Positions 9,245 through 19,629 of a stretch of DNA of 43,300 nucleotides are shown here, in pieces. Numbering within the stretch: the first letter of the stretch is position 1; the number at the start of each line of letters is the position of its first letter. The position numbers and the translations under genes are program-made. The stretch is from Patescibacteria group bacterium (GTDB lineage Bacteria > Patescibacteriota > Minisyncoccia > Phycocordibacterales > Phycocordibacteraceae). The DNA is taken from positions 1 through 43,300 of the forward strand of contig SCVI01000039.1 of assembly GCA_004296925.1 (NCBI GenBank), given 5' to 3'. The notes below the pieces were generated by a model. It saw only the letters and a list, made by a program, of their open reading frames with translations. It did not search any database and was not told where the DNA came from.

Positions 9245-9313
9245 CCCTGCTGTGCATAGAGCTGTTTTCACTGTATAGTGTCCAAAAAGTCCTTTATATA
9301 CAGCATTATTTGT

Positions 9314-10039
9314 ATGCCATCACAATCAAAAAAACCAACGAAATCCGCATCTAAAAAAGCTCCAGTTACCGTCATCTCCCTTGGGGGTTCGATGATAGTC
9401 CCCAATCTCCCTGACCCAAAATTTGTGAAGGAATTCGTAGAGGTCATCAAAGCAAGAGTAAAGAAAGGACGTCGTTTCATCATTGTGGCAGGAGGTGGGA
9501 AAGTATGCCGAAACTATCAGGACGCACTCACTGAAATTCGAAAAATCTCAAGCGACGAGAATGATTGGATGGGTATTTATTCAACCCATTTCAACGCACA
9601 GTTTATGCGCCTCGCTTTTGGCACACTAGCGGAGAAAGAAATCGCTATCCGATTTGGAAAGAAAATTAATTTTAAGAAATCGGTCCTCGTTGCAGCGGGC
9701 GAACTCCCTGGACACTCAACTGACTTTGATGCCGTACTTCTTGCGAAGATGTTTGGAGGCAATCACGTCGTAAACATTTCAAATATTGATTTTGTGTACA
9801 CTGCAGACCCAAGAAAAGATAAAAACGCAAAAGCAATTCCAAAACTTAACTGGAAAGAGTATCTAGCGCTCCTTCCTAAAAAGTGGACCCCTGGATTCTC
9901 ATCCCCTTTTGACATGAAGGCGGCGGAGATTGCGAGAAAAGCAGGACTTACTGTTTCAATCGTGAACGGTCGCTCCTTTGACGATATCAAAAATGCACTC
10001 GACCAAAAGGAGTTCCGTGGAAGCACTATTGCTGGCTAG
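9314..10039 (+). CDS. pyrH: UMP kinase, archaeal type
   Basis: ISLGGS, GGGKVCRNYQ, PGHSTD, VYTADP and PFD motifs; ATG at 9314 preferred. Confidence 0.9.
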   Translation: MPSQSKKPTKSASKKAPVTVISLGGSMIVPNLPDPKFVKEFVEVIKARVKKGRRFIIVAGGGKVCRNYQDALTEIRKISSDENDWMGIYSTHFNAQFMRLAFGTLAEKEIAIRFGKKINFKKSVLVAAGELPGHSTDFDAVLLAKMFGGNHVVNISNIDFVYTADPRKDKNAKAIPKLNWKEYLALLPKKWTPGFSSPFDMKAAEIARKAGLTVSIVNGRSFDDIKNALDQKEFRGSTIAG

Positions 10040-10229
10040 TTAAATTACCGTTATCCGAAGCAAGAAACAATCTACGCAAAATACTTTTGCGTATCACTCG
10101 ACCACTGACACTGATTCCGACTTCAGCAAAAATTCCTGAGCTGGTTTTTATTACACTTCTGACCTCGCCTGGAGGTTTCTTCCTTAATACGGGAGTTGGA
10201 TTCGATATGATTTCAGGATTCCAAAACAT
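10026..10229 (-). CDS. Possible small hypothetical protein
   Basis: ATG ORF filling the gap after the preceding minus-strand gene; no motif recognised. Confidence 0.35.
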   Translation of the reverse strand: MFWNPEIISNPTPVLRKKPPGEVRSVIKTSSGIFAEVGISVSGRVIRKSILRRLFLASDNGNLTSQQ

Positions 10230-10252
10230 GAGGATTGAAAAAAGTAATATCT

Positions 10253-10693
10253 CTACGACTTTTTAGGAATCACAGGTACTGCGGGTGCGAGCGTATTTTG
10301 TATCTCTTTAAGGGTTGTGTCATTAACGATTCTCGCCAGTTCCTCAGGGGGCATAACTATCATGGCCATCCCTCCGAAGTTAAAAAGGTCGTTGCATTCC
10401 TTTACGTTTTTTAATGTATTGATTGCAAACGAACCTTCAACCATAAACTCGTCCACGTTACGCCCCGCGTTACCCATTCCGCGAATTGCGCCACTCTCTA
10501 TAGAGCCCCAAAGTGCGGTAAATTTTCTCTGGTACTCCTCTGCATCTTCTGGTCTCGTTAAACGGAGCGCATTTCGAAAATGTCCAATTGCCATTCCATA
10601 CTCGCCCATTTGGACTGCCTTCTCTGCCTTTAGAAGCAATGCATCGGGAGATTCCTTACTCTCTTTCCCTTTTCCAAAAAAATTGAACTTCAT
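10253..10693 (-). CDS. Hypothetical protein with a TPR-like helix pair
   Basis: ATG 10693 just after the secF stop; AEKAVQMGEYGMAIGHFRNAL is TPR-like. Confidence 0.6.
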   Translation of the reverse strand: MKFNFFGKGKESKESPDALLLKAEKAVQMGEYGMAIGHFRNALRLTRPEDAEEYQRKFTALWGSIESGAIRGMGNAGRNVDEFMVEGSFAINTLKNVKECNDLFNFGGMAMIVMPPEELARIVNDTTLKEIQNTLAPAVPVIPKKS

Positions 10694-10700
10694 GCAGAAA

Positions 10701-11627
10701 CTAACGTTTCTTCTTCGGCTCCACTTGTGGTTTTTGCATTTTTTCAATCGTAACAAGGAGTGGTGATCCAATGAATACTGACGAGTATGTTCCGACTATA
10801 ACTCCAATAAGAAGTGCAGTCACAAAGAAGTGCGTCACAGCAGGACCCAAGATAAGCAATGTTGCGAGGACAAAAACAACGGTGAGAGATGTATTAATTG
10901 AGCGATTCAAAGTTTGTGAAATAGATTTACCGACCGTCTCCTCAAACGGCTCAGCAATCTTTTTATCATGATTCATTTTAAGATTTTCTCTCACGCGGTC
11001 AAACACCACGATAGTATCGTGCACCGAGAAACCTAAGACCACCAAGACGGCGGTAACAAAGAGCGTATCCACTTCCGCACCCATGAAATGTCCGAGAATG
11101 GAGAATGCGCCAACAGGGATGATGACGTCGTGCGCAAGAGATACCAGTGCTATAAGTCCATATTTCCATGATGAGACTGGTTTAGAAACGTGCCTGAACG
11201 CGAGCATGATGAAGAGGGCAATCGCGACTAACACGAGAACAATCGCCCATACTGACTTCGTCTGAAGTTCCGTACCGATAGTGGGACCAATGGAGTCATA
11301 GCGCTTTTGTTCAAAAGTATGAGTACCCGAAGTAAGCGCAAGATTCATGGCAGAAAATTGTTCAGGCGAAAGAAATGGTGTACGGATAATGTATCCCGTC
11401 TCCCCTGTTGGTCGCACCGATGAACCTTCAATGCCGACACTCTTGAGCGCCTCCGAGACCTCCTCGTTCGTTGGTGCCGGTGACTCGTTGTATGCAATTT
11501 CCAGAAGCGAACCACCATTAAAGTCGATACCAACCTTTAGTCCCCACGTAAGAAGCGCGACAACTGAAATCGCAACCAAAACTGCCGAGACTCCGTAAAA
11601 AATATTTCTGTGTTTAACAATCCACAT
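10701..11627 (-). CDS. secF: Protein translocase subunit SecF
   Basis: GIDFNGGS, IGPTIG, HDVII, GFSVHDTIVVFDRVREN and RSINTS motifs. Confidence 0.97.
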   Translation of the reverse strand: MWIVKHRNIFYGVSAVLVAISVVALLTWGLKVGIDFNGGSLLEIAYNESPAPTNEEVSEALKSVGIEGSSVRPTGETGYIIRTPFLSPEQFSAMNLALTSGTHTFEQKRYDSIGPTIGTELQTKSVWAIVLVLVAIALFIMLAFRHVSKPVSSWKYGLIALVSLAHDVIIPVGAFSILGHFMGAEVDTLFVTAVLVVLGFSVHDTIVVFDRVRENLKMNHDKKIAEPFEETVGKSISQTLNRSINTSLTVVFVLATLLILGPAVTHFFVTALLIGVIVGTYSSVFIGSPLLVTIEKMQKPQVEPKKKR

Positions 11628-11630
11628 ACG

Positions 11631-12935
11631 CTATTTATTTAATTCATTACCGAATAGAAAATGAGATGCCTTCGAAGTTAATGAACCGAACCCAAGCGCT
11701 AGAAGAAGTGTTCTCGTTAGCGTGATTGCGGTAAACATAGAGACGATGACACCGATTACGAATATAAGCGCAAATCCTTTAATAACAGCTGTCCCTCCAA
11801 GCCAAAACAAAATCACTCCCGTAATAATTGATGAGAGGTTGGAATCGCGAATTGAGCTCCACGCACGTTTGAATCCTTCGCGGATTGCTTCACCTAGCAC
11901 TTTACCTTTCGCTAACTCTTCTTTTGTTCTTTCAAAAATAAGAATGTTCGCATCAACCGCCATACCTATAGAGAGGATGAACGCAGCCAAACCAGCTGTG
12001 GTGAGCGTGACAGGAATTAATTTGAATATTGCGAGGTTAAGCGCAACGTAGAACGTAAGTGCGAAAACAGAGATCAGGCCTGGCAAGCGATACCAAACAA
12101 TGAGAAACAATGCGACGAGCACAAAGCCCCAAATGCCTGCATCAACGCTTTGTGTAAGCGCCTTTTCACCAAGCGATGCTCCAACTGTTTGAGAAGATAC
12201 GAGTTCAATAGGAACAGGAAGTGCGCCAAAGTTAAGATTACGTACTAATTCGCGGGCTTCGTCCGGTGTAAATGTTCCTGTAATAGTAGCCTCACCATTT
12301 GGTATAACTTCTTGAATAACTGGAGTTGAAATTGGTGTTCCGTCTAGGAAAATCCCTAATACTTTGCCAGTATTTTTCTCTGTAATATTTTTAAATCGCG
12401 TAGCACCCTCAGTATTAAACTTAATAGCAATTATAGGTTGATTCGAAAGCGTGCCTCCGCGGCCAGATGAAAATTCAAGCGTTGCGTGATCTAAGTACTG
12501 TCCTGTGAGCCCTGTTTCTGTATACACTAATGCTCCCGTACTATCGGTACTTTGCAAAAGAAATTCTAACGTAGGGGTTTTCCCAATGGCTGATACTGCT
12601 TGTGATAAATCAGTAACCCCAGGAAGTTCAACAATAAGACGGTCTTCTCCTCCACCAACGACACCGCCTCGTTCAATTTGTACTAACGGTTCTGAAACAC
12701 CAAACGCGTTTACTCGTCGCTCCACCACATCACGAAGTGATGCCATGGCGGATGGTATATCTCCCGAAGAAACTTTTGATGTGTCCGCACGATACAAAAG
12801 ATGTGAACCGCCTGCCAAATCTAATCCGAAATGAAAAGGAAATTTAGAGGTTGGCTTTTCTGAGTCGAAAACAAACCATCCGATTCCTACACCTACCAAA
12901 AGGAGTATTACCGCAAAAATCCGTACTTTCCACAT
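11631..12935 (-). CDS. secD: Protein translocase subunit SecD
   Basis: GLDLAGG, RRVNAFGVSEP, GALPVP and GMAVDANILIFER motifs. Confidence 0.97.
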   Translation of the reverse strand: MWKVRIFAVILLLVGVGIGWFVFDSEKPTSKFPFHFGLDLAGGSHLLYRADTSKVSSGDIPSAMASLRDVVERRVNAFGVSEPLVQIERGGVVGGGEDRLIVELPGVTDLSQAVSAIGKTPTLEFLLQSTDSTGALVYTETGLTGQYLDHATLEFSSGRGGTLSNQPIIAIKFNTEGATRFKNITEKNTGKVLGIFLDGTPISTPVIQEVIPNGEATITGTFTPDEARELVRNLNFGALPVPIELVSSQTVGASLGEKALTQSVDAGIWGFVLVALFLIVWYRLPGLISVFALTFYVALNLAIFKLIPVTLTTAGLAAFILSIGMAVDANILIFERTKEELAKGKVLGEAIREGFKRAWSSIRDSNLSSIITGVILFWLGGTAVIKGFALIFVIGVIVSMFTAITLTRTLLLALGFGSLTSKASHFLFGNELNK

Positions 12936-12975
12936 ATTGCTTTAGAGTATGCCATAGCTCACCCTTCGGGGCTAG

Positions 12976-13947
12976 CTATAGGTATTTTGCTTTAAGTGCC
13001 ACTAAGTTTGCAAAAATTTCAGTAACCGCGATAGGTCCAACCCCTCCTGGAACCGGAGTGAAAACGCTGGCTTTCTCAGCACACAGCGGATCCGCATCCC
13101 CAACCACTATCCCACCAGACTCGCTCGTACCACCATCAATGATAACTACTCCCTCTTTGACCATATCGGGCTTAATAAGCGCAGGAGCCCCTGCTCCAGA
13201 AATAATAATGTCGGCATTTTTTGTGGCCTCAGCTACATTGTCTCCCTTTACTAATACGGTAACGTTCGCGCCGAGTCTTTTAAACAAAATATTTGCAGGC
13301 CTCCCTACTAACCTACCTCCTCCAATAAGAACTACGTTTGCGCCTTCTACAGTTACATTATTTCGTTTAAGTATGTACCACATTGCGGCAGGTACTGGAG
13401 GGATTGCGGGAAATTCATTAGAGCTCGTCTGAAAATCCCGTCCTGTCTGTGATGCTAATTCCTGGGCTACGGGACGCTCGTCTCGTCCTCGCTGTACTTC
13501 CAGTACACCTCGAACTCCGACTCGATCCCTCGCCTCAGGAGATTCGCCTCTCGGCTCGGACACCCCGTTTTTCAGACGAGCTCCCACAAAAAGTTTGAAC
13601 GCCTCGTCGCTCAATACATCAACATCAAGGTGTGCGGGAATGGCGTTCTTTGCAACATCAACATCAATACCCGGAGGGAGCGGTAACTGCAAAATCACTC
13701 CATCATGAACAGATGCTTTTTTTACTGCATCAACAACATCGTCAAGAGTTGCATCGTCTGATACGTGGTATTCAACAACATCAATATCGAGAGCTCGTGC
13801 AGCGCGCTTCTTTATACCAACGTATGATTGCGTCACAGGACTCGTGGTTGCAATAACTACACCAAGCGAAAGTGCGCCGAAGCGCACACGACTCTCCCGA
13901 ATTTCTTCTGTTCGCTCAGAAGCGAGTCTCCTTCCATCTACTATCAT
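12976..13947 (-). CDS. folD: Bifunctional methylene-THF dehydrogenase/cyclohydrolase with ~54-aa in-frame insertion
   Basis: YVGIK, ILQLPLP, LVGRP, ADIIISGAG and TPVPGGVGP motifs; extra segment corresponds to the MITE at 13421-13583. Confidence 0.92.
   Translation of the reverse strand: MIVDGRRLASERTEEIRESRVRFGALSLGVVIATTSPVTQSYVGIKKRAARALDIDVVEYHVSDDATLDDVVDAVKKASVHDGVILQLPLPPGIDVDVAKNAIPAHLDVDVLSDEAFKLFVGARLKNGVSEPRGESPEARDRVGVRGVLEVQRGRDERPVAQELASQTGRDFQTSSNEFPAIPPVPAAMWYILKRNNVTVEGANVVLIGGGRLVGRPANILFKRLGANVTVLVKGDNVAEATKNADIIISGAGAPALIKPDMVKEGVVIIDGGTSESGGIVVGDADPLCAEKASVFTPVPGGVGPIAVTEIFANLVALKAKYL
13421..13583. mobile_element. MITE with perfect 15-bp terminal inverted repeats inside folD
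   Basis: GAGCTCGTCTGAAAA (13421-13435) and TTTTCAGACGAGCTC (13569-13583); GC-rich interior with hairpins. Confidence 0.8.
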
Positions 13948-14004
13948 GTCTAGAACATATCATAGACTTGAAGCAATCGCATAGTCACTCACCCTCTGGA
14001 TCTG

Positions 14005-14961
14005 TCACTTATTTTTATTGTGGTACATTCGGTACCAATCCACAAACTTTTGTACTCCTTCTTCAATAGATATATTCGCTTTAAAGCCTAACTCCTCTTC
14101 CGCTTTTTTTGTACTTGCGTATGTCTCTCTCATATCGCCCGGTTGCATAGGTTTATTTACAATGTTTGCCTTTACGCCGAGCGCTTGTTCAAGCACCGAA
14201 ACGAAACTCATCAACGCTACAGGGGCTCCACGACCAAGATTGTAAATATTGAACCCTGACTTAAGTTTAAGTGCAACCAATCTAAGTCCGTCAACGATAT
14301 CGTCGATATAGGTAAAATCGCGCTTCATGTCGCCATTATTGTAAATTTCTATTGTTTCGCCATTCAATATTTTCTCTGTAAAAGAAAAGAGTGCCATGTC
14401 TGGTCTACCCCATGGCCCATACACAGTAAAAAATCGTACCGCGGTAATATTCATATCAAACGAGTCTGCATACTCTCGACACAGATTCTCCCCAACTTGT
14501 TTTGTTTTTGCATACACCGATAACGCTTTACCCAAGTCTTGATTCTCTAGAAATGGAGTGTCCGTGAGGTCGCCATACACAGAGGACGATGACGCAAATA
14601 TAACAGGAGGTGCACCGTGCACGCGCGCTAATTCCAAAACATTCTTTGTGCCGATTTCGTTAGAGCGAATGTAGACCTCTGGATGCGAGATTGAGTATCG
14701 AACGCCAGCTTGAGCAGCAATGTGATAAATCAAATCAAACGAGTGAGTATCAAAAACCTTTGAGAGTTCATCGAGATTCGCAATATCAATTTCATACAAT
14801 GCGACTGATTCTGAAAAATGCTGAATCCTGTCACGCTTCAATTGCGGGTCATAGTACTCATTAATATTATCGACGCTGACCACTTCGTGTCCTTCTGAAA
14901 GAAGTCTGCCAATAAGATGACTTCCTATAAAACCAGCCCCGCCTGTTACGAGCACTTTCAT
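14005..14961 (-). CDS. NAD-dependent epimerase, UDP-glucuronate 4-epimerase type
   Basis: TGGAGFIG, AAQAGVRYS, ASSSSVYG, YAKTK, RFFTVYGPWGRPDMA and RDFTYIDD motifs. Confidence 0.92.
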   Translation of the reverse strand: MKVLVTGGAGFIGSHLIGRLLSEGHEVVSVDNINEYYDPQLKRDRIQHFSESVALYEIDIANLDELSKVFDTHSFDLIYHIAAQAGVRYSISHPEVYIRSNEIGTKNVLELARVHGAPPVIFASSSSVYGDLTDTPFLENQDLGKALSVYAKTKQVGENLCREYADSFDMNITAVRFFTVYGPWGRPDMALFSFTEKILNGETIEIYNNGDMKRDFTYIDDIVDGLRLVALKLKSGFNIYNLGRGAPVALMSFVSVLEQALGVKANIVNKPMQPGDMRETYASTKKAEEELGFKANISIEEGVQKFVDWYRMYHNKNK

Positions 14962-16016
14962 TTTCTCAATTCTTCAGGAACAAATGATTCGTAGCGACCC
15001 TTCGTTGAAACAAATGCATCAAGGGAATCCATAACGTATGTGTGACCGAGTTGGTTCGTAATTTTCGTACCATCCATAAGAATTGGGTACGAATAAAATC
15101 TCCACGAACCAGGGGCGGTTGGAATTTTCCCACGTGTAAGATGCCAGAAAAAGAAATAAACAAAACGAATGAATATAGGTGGCACAGGGATGGTTTTCTT
15201 CCCTACCGCACGCGCCATATCCTTAACAAATACTGGTTTACCGGGAGGAGTGAGATTATAAATTTCGTGCGCTCCACCTTTTACAGCGTCAAACGAAAGC
15301 TTCTCCACAATGTCGTTTACATCATCCTCGTGGACAAACTGTCGTACCCATCCTTTAGTAGCAGGTACCCATGCAACAAGAGCCGATACTAGCCCATACA
15401 CTCCCCCCTTTAATTGCCCTGATAGTGCAGATTGCAATCCGAAACGGATACGCATAAACCTTCCTCGTGGCCCCGTAATAGCTGCGGGACGAACAACTGA
15501 AACAATTGGAGAGCGGACGGATTCTGCAATCATTTTATTGAGGATTTCTTCAGCTCGTCTTTTTTCAACGCCGTAAATATACTCACTCTCGAGCATCTCT
15601 TCGCTCTCTTTGAAATAATGCTCGAACGTATTCGTGTGATACGCACCATAAATAGATGCGGTAGAAAAGTGAACTAGGCGCTTCACAAAATCATTTTGAA
15701 ATGCAAAATCAAAAACAGCGCGCGATCCTTCTACGTTCCATTTCCAAGTTGTTTCGGGATGTCCGTAGAGTGCTCTAATTTGCCATGCAGTATGTATGAC
15801 TATGTCTGGCGATAGACGAGCAACTTCCTCCTCCCATGTACCATCAGAAGTATTTGCTGTAATCCAATGAATTTTATTGTTACCAGAAAGCGATTCAGGC
15901 ATCGGCTCTTTATCAAGCGCAATGATTCTTTCAACGTCATCGCGTTTTGCAAACTGCTCGCACAACATAGTGCCAACGTAACCTGCTCCTCCTGTGATAA
16001 ATAATGTGTGCTTCAT
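14958..16016 (-). CDS. NAD-dependent epimerase/dehydratase (extended SDR)
   Basis: ITGGAGYVG, HFSTASIYG, YGVEK and QFVHEDDV motifs; ATGA overlaps with neighbours. Confidence 0.88.
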   Translation of the reverse strand: MKHTLFITGGAGYVGTMLCEQFAKRDDVERIIALDKEPMPESLSGNNKIHWITANTSDGTWEEEVARLSPDIVIHTAWQIRALYGHPETTWKWNVEGSRAVFDFAFQNDFVKRLVHFSTASIYGAYHTNTFEHYFKESEEMLESEYIYGVEKRRAEEILNKMIAESVRSPIVSVVRPAAITGPRGRFMRIRFGLQSALSGQLKGGVYGLVSALVAWVPATKGWVRQFVHEDDVNDIVEKLSFDAVKGGAHEIYNLTPPGKPVFVKDMARAVGKKTIPVPPIFIRFVYFFFWHLTRGKIPTAPGSWRFYSYPILMDGTKITNQLGHTYVMDSLDAFVSTKGRYESFVPEELRK

Positions 16017-17353
16017 ACAATCCAACGAGAAATCAATGTTTTAAGTGTTCGGAGCGTTATGGATAAATCGAGTAACGGTGATCGATGACGGACGTAATAT
16101 AAATCATACGCTAGTCGGAGGCGTGATTCTTCAATAGATTGCGGACTAATATTTCCTGGACTATATCGTTGATTAACCTGTGCCCACCCAGTAATACCAG
16201 GCGTAACCGTGTAACGTGACGTATAAAACGGTATTGAATCGGCAAGTCTCTCAGCAAGAGCCACAATATCGCTTCGTGGACCTATGAGCGATAAGTCACC
16301 TCGTAAGACAGTGAGCACCTGCGGTAACTCATCGAGAGATGTTTTTCTAAGAAACGAACCAACTTTGGTTACCTTATTCTCACTCTCACCAAGCCAGACT
16401 CCCTGCTCGTCATTTGTCATCGTTCTGAATTTAAGTACTGAAATTTTCTTACCACCCTTCCCCATACGCTCCTGCGTAATAAAAAGCTTCCCAGAACCTT
16501 CTATAAATAGAGCTGCCCATACGAAAGGAAGAATAACTAGAAAAACGACGAACAATATAACCCCGCACAGTAAATCAAAAAACCGTTTCGCGATTGCGTA
16601 AAAAAATTGCTCGGGTTTACCATTTGAAATCAACCACCTATAGGACAGTGCGCGCGGAGTAATTCTACGAAAAAGATCTTCATACACTTTGGCAAAATTC
16701 AAAAAACGACCTTCGAAGTGCACTCTGTTCGATAGTCTTGCGAACATAGACTGAGTCTCTTCACTACCAATATCCATAATTATAAAATCTGGTTGTGTAG
16801 CGAGAGCTTCTTCTACCTCGTCCGTAATAGTGTCTATATTTTTCCCAGACACCGATATAGTCCTTTCAATAAAAAATGAACACGTCCCATTTTTTGCTTC
16901 GTGCGCCACCTCATCAAAATCGGTTCCATCTCCAATAAGCATAGCGCGTGCTTTACTCCTTCCAAATATCAAAGGCGCCCAAAAATGCCACGCCGACACA
17001 AAAGCTACTGACACAAGAAGATAAATAAAGAGTGTCGTTTTTGGAGTGATGCCAAACAATGGCACAAAAAAGAAGAACACCGTCGCGAGGAGCATATTAA
17101 CGATTTGTGCAACGAAAATCGTTCCCGGCACTTCACGTCTTGAAATCGCCGTTTCAGAGTCATAGAGACCTGCGCTAAAGAAGACGAGTATGAAAAGAAT
17201 GGTGAGTATAGAAAACGGCACAAGGTGGAGGACAACGTCAGCTGAACTCGGTACACCCAAAATGCGGATTGAGAGTGCTATAGGCACTGCTAAAAGAAGG
17301 AGTATGATGTCTCCCCCAACAAGTAGGAATCTCATTAAAACGCGTGCTGGCAT
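16013..17353 (-). CDS. Polyprenyl-phosphate phosphoglycosyl transferase (WcaJ/WbaP-like priming sugar transferase)
   Basis: Four N-terminal TM segments; KFRTM, LRKTSLDELPQ, SLIGPR, PGITGWAQV and DLYY motifs. Confidence 0.92.
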   Translation of the reverse strand: MPARVLMRFLLVGGDIILLLLAVPIALSIRILGVPSSADVVLHLVPFSILTILFILVFFSAGLYDSETAISRREVPGTIFVAQIVNMLLATVFFFFVPLFGITPKTTLFIYLLVSVAFVSAWHFWAPLIFGRSKARAMLIGDGTDFDEVAHEAKNGTCSFFIERTISVSGKNIDTITDEVEEALATQPDFIIMDIGSEETQSMFARLSNRVHFEGRFLNFAKVYEDLFRRITPRALSYRWLISNGKPEQFFYAIAKRFFDLLCGVILFVVFLVILPFVWAALFIEGSGKLFITQERMGKGGKKISVLKFRTMTNDEQGVWLGESENKVTKVGSFLRKTSLDELPQVLTVLRGDLSLIGPRSDIVALAERLADSIPFYTSRYTVTPGITGWAQVNQRYSPGNISPQSIEESRLRLAYDLYYVRHRSPLLDLSITLRTLKTLISRWIV

Positions 17354-17389
17354 GAACGTCTACAGGTACAATACGGAATAAAGAGATAT

Positions 17390-18523
17390 ATGGCAACTCA
17401 TACGAAAGTACTTTTCGCTATCACTAAGTCCAATTTCGGAGGAGCACAACGATATGTCTATGACATTGCTCGATCTCTCCCAGAACAATTTGACCCAGTT
17501 GTTATGTTGGGTGGAGATGGGTGGCTCCTTTCTACCCTTACTCAGAAAGGTATTAAGGTGGTTACTGTTCCCGCACTTCAAAGAAACGTAAGACTGTTTT
17601 CTGATCTACGTGCTTTTTTTGAGATTGTAAAAATAATTAAACTAGAAAAACCAGATATTGTGCATCTCAATAGCTCAAAAATGGGCATATTGGGTGGTGC
17701 GGCGGCGCGCCTTATTGGGGTAAAAAGGATAATTTTTACATCTCACGGTTGGAGCTTCAATGAAAAAAGACCCGGATACCAAAAAAAGATTCTCTGGATA
17801 CTTCAGGCAATTACTATTCTTCTCGCACATTCCACCATTGCGGTCTCAAAAGATATTCGTAACCATGCTCCAATCAAAAAAAATGTTGTGCTTATTTATA
17901 ACGGTATAGAGACTCCACGCTTTATCAATAAAGATGCGGCGCGCGCCACGCTCACGCACCTCAGCAGAATTACATCATCAACCAAAATCATTGGCACTAT
18001 TGGCGAGCTCCATAAAAATAAAGGCCACGACATACTCTTACACGCTATTTCAATTTTAAAAAAACGAGATGTCGACACGTTCTTAGTAATTATTGGTGAA
18101 GGCGAAGAAAGGCGACGTTTGCAAACAGTAATAGAAAGAGAGAACCTCTCAGATTCAGCAATACTTTTAGGACACATAGATGACGCCGCAACACTGCTGA
18201 AAGGTATGGATATATTTGTATTTCCATCGAGAACCGAAGCTCTTGGATATGCGCTCCTCGAAGCGGGTTTAGCGGGGGCCTCTGTTATCGCATCTAATGT
18301 TGGAGGTATTCCTGAAATTGTAGAAAACCAAGTCTCAGGCATCTTAGTGCAGAGCGAAGATCCTGAATCGCTTGCTGACGCAATAGAACTACTTCTGAAA
18401 AACGAATCACATCGTGCGAGTTTGGGTGCTTCATTATTTAAAAACACACTCGAGCAATTTTCTCAAAAGTCCATGATTCGAAATACTGTCGCACTCTACG
18501 AACCAACGCCAACCATTTCGTAG
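17390..18523 (+). CDS. GT4 family glycosyltransferase
   Basis: GGAQRYV, HLNSSK, IYNGI, KGH and EALGYALLEA...VGGIPE motifs. Confidence 0.92.
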   Translation: MATHTKVLFAITKSNFGGAQRYVYDIARSLPEQFDPVVMLGGDGWLLSTLTQKGIKVVTVPALQRNVRLFSDLRAFFEIVKIIKLEKPDIVHLNSSKMGILGGAAARLIGVKRIIFTSHGWSFNEKRPGYQKKILWILQAITILLAHSTIAVSKDIRNHAPIKKNVVLIYNGIETPRFINKDAARATLTHLSRITSSTKIIGTIGELHKNKGHDILLHAISILKKRDVDTFLVIIGEGEERRRLQTVIERENLSDSAILLGHIDDAATLLKGMDIFVFPSRTEALGYALLEAGLAGASVIASNVGGIPEIVENQVSGILVQSEDPESLADAIELLLKNESHRASLGASLFKNTLEQFSQKSMIRNTVALYEPTPTIS

Positions 18524-19614
18524 CGGGTATCTTCGTGCACTACACGACCATACATACGCATAGCATTTACTATCCCGAGAAGCGCATATCCTGTAACAAC
18601 ATGCGAACCGCCGTAGCTCATAAACGGAAGCGGAACACCGGTTACCGGTAATAGCCCTATATTCATTCCTATATGAATAATTGAGTGGATTCCGAAAAGT
18701 GCTACAACTCCCAGCACAAAAAAGGTTTCAAAGTTGGTAGCGCCTGACTTTGCATTTTCAATCAATCTAAAAAATAAAAGACCGAAGAGCCCGAGTAGTA
18801 TAAGTGTACCTATTAGCCCCCACTCTTCCGCAAACGCCGCAAAAATAAAATCGGTTTGATTTTCTGGAAGAAATTGCAGACGAGATTGTGTGCCGTACCC
18901 AATACCCTTTCCTAAAATTCCACCTGAACCCACCGCAACGGTGGATTGAAATGCGTTGTATCCAGCACCTGAAATGTCAGCGAGCGGGTGAACGAAAGTT
19001 ATGATTCGAGCTTTTTGGTACGGCGCAAATGCAAATACCCAAAGCAACGAAACAGCAACAACGCCGGTGAGAGCAATAAGTAGTAAATGTCTAAATGGGA
19101 TTCCTGCAAGCAAAACCATCGCCATCCAAAGCGCTCCAACAATAACTGCCGACCCAAAATCCGGTTGTAGAAACAGCAAAATGAACATAAGAAACATGTA
19201 CGCTCCAGAAACAAGGATGTGACGAATACGTGCAATTTCGATATGTCGGCGAGAAAAATACTTTGCCAAAAGCACAATGAGGGCAAACTTGGCTGGGTCC
19301 ACTGGTTGCACCGCGAATGCTCCGAGATTAAACCAACTTTGTGCTCCTTGAAAGACAGAGCCCACAGCAAAAAGAAGTGCGAGGAAAAAAAGTGCAAGGA
19401 TATATAAAATGGTGACTACGCTCGTTCTGCGAAGAAAATGAAAATCGATGGAGCTCATAATAAAAAAAACAGAGAGCCCAACAACTATCCAAATTATTTG
19501 ATGCGAAGCGTATTGGTTGTCGCCGCTAAAACCGAACATACTCGCAAGCCCTGCAAAAGAAATGAGAAGCGCGCTCCCCACCATGAACCAATCAGTACTC
19601 TTTAATACATTCAT
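18496..19614 (-). CDS. rodA: Rod shape-determining protein RodA (SEDS family)
   Basis: GAQSW, QPDFGS, GSGG..GKG, LPENQTDFIF, EEWG and PVTGVPLPFMSYGGS motifs. Confidence 0.93.
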   Translation of the reverse strand: MNVLKSTDWFMVGSALLISFAGLASMFGFSGDNQYASHQIIWIVVGLSVFFIMSSIDFHFLRRTSVVTILYILALFFLALLFAVGSVFQGAQSWFNLGAFAVQPVDPAKFALIVLLAKYFSRRHIEIARIRHILVSGAYMFLMFILLFLQPDFGSAVIVGALWMAMVLLAGIPFRHLLLIALTGVVAVSLLWVFAFAPYQKARIITFVHPLADISGAGYNAFQSTVAVGSGGILGKGIGYGTQSRLQFLPENQTDFIFAAFAEEWGLIGTLILLGLFGLLFFRLIENAKSGATNFETFFVLGVVALFGIHSIIHIGMNIGLLPVTGVPLPFMSYGGSHVVTGYALLGIVNAMRMYGRVVHEDTRYEMVGVGS

Positions 19615-19629
19615 ATCGTACGCGTATCG

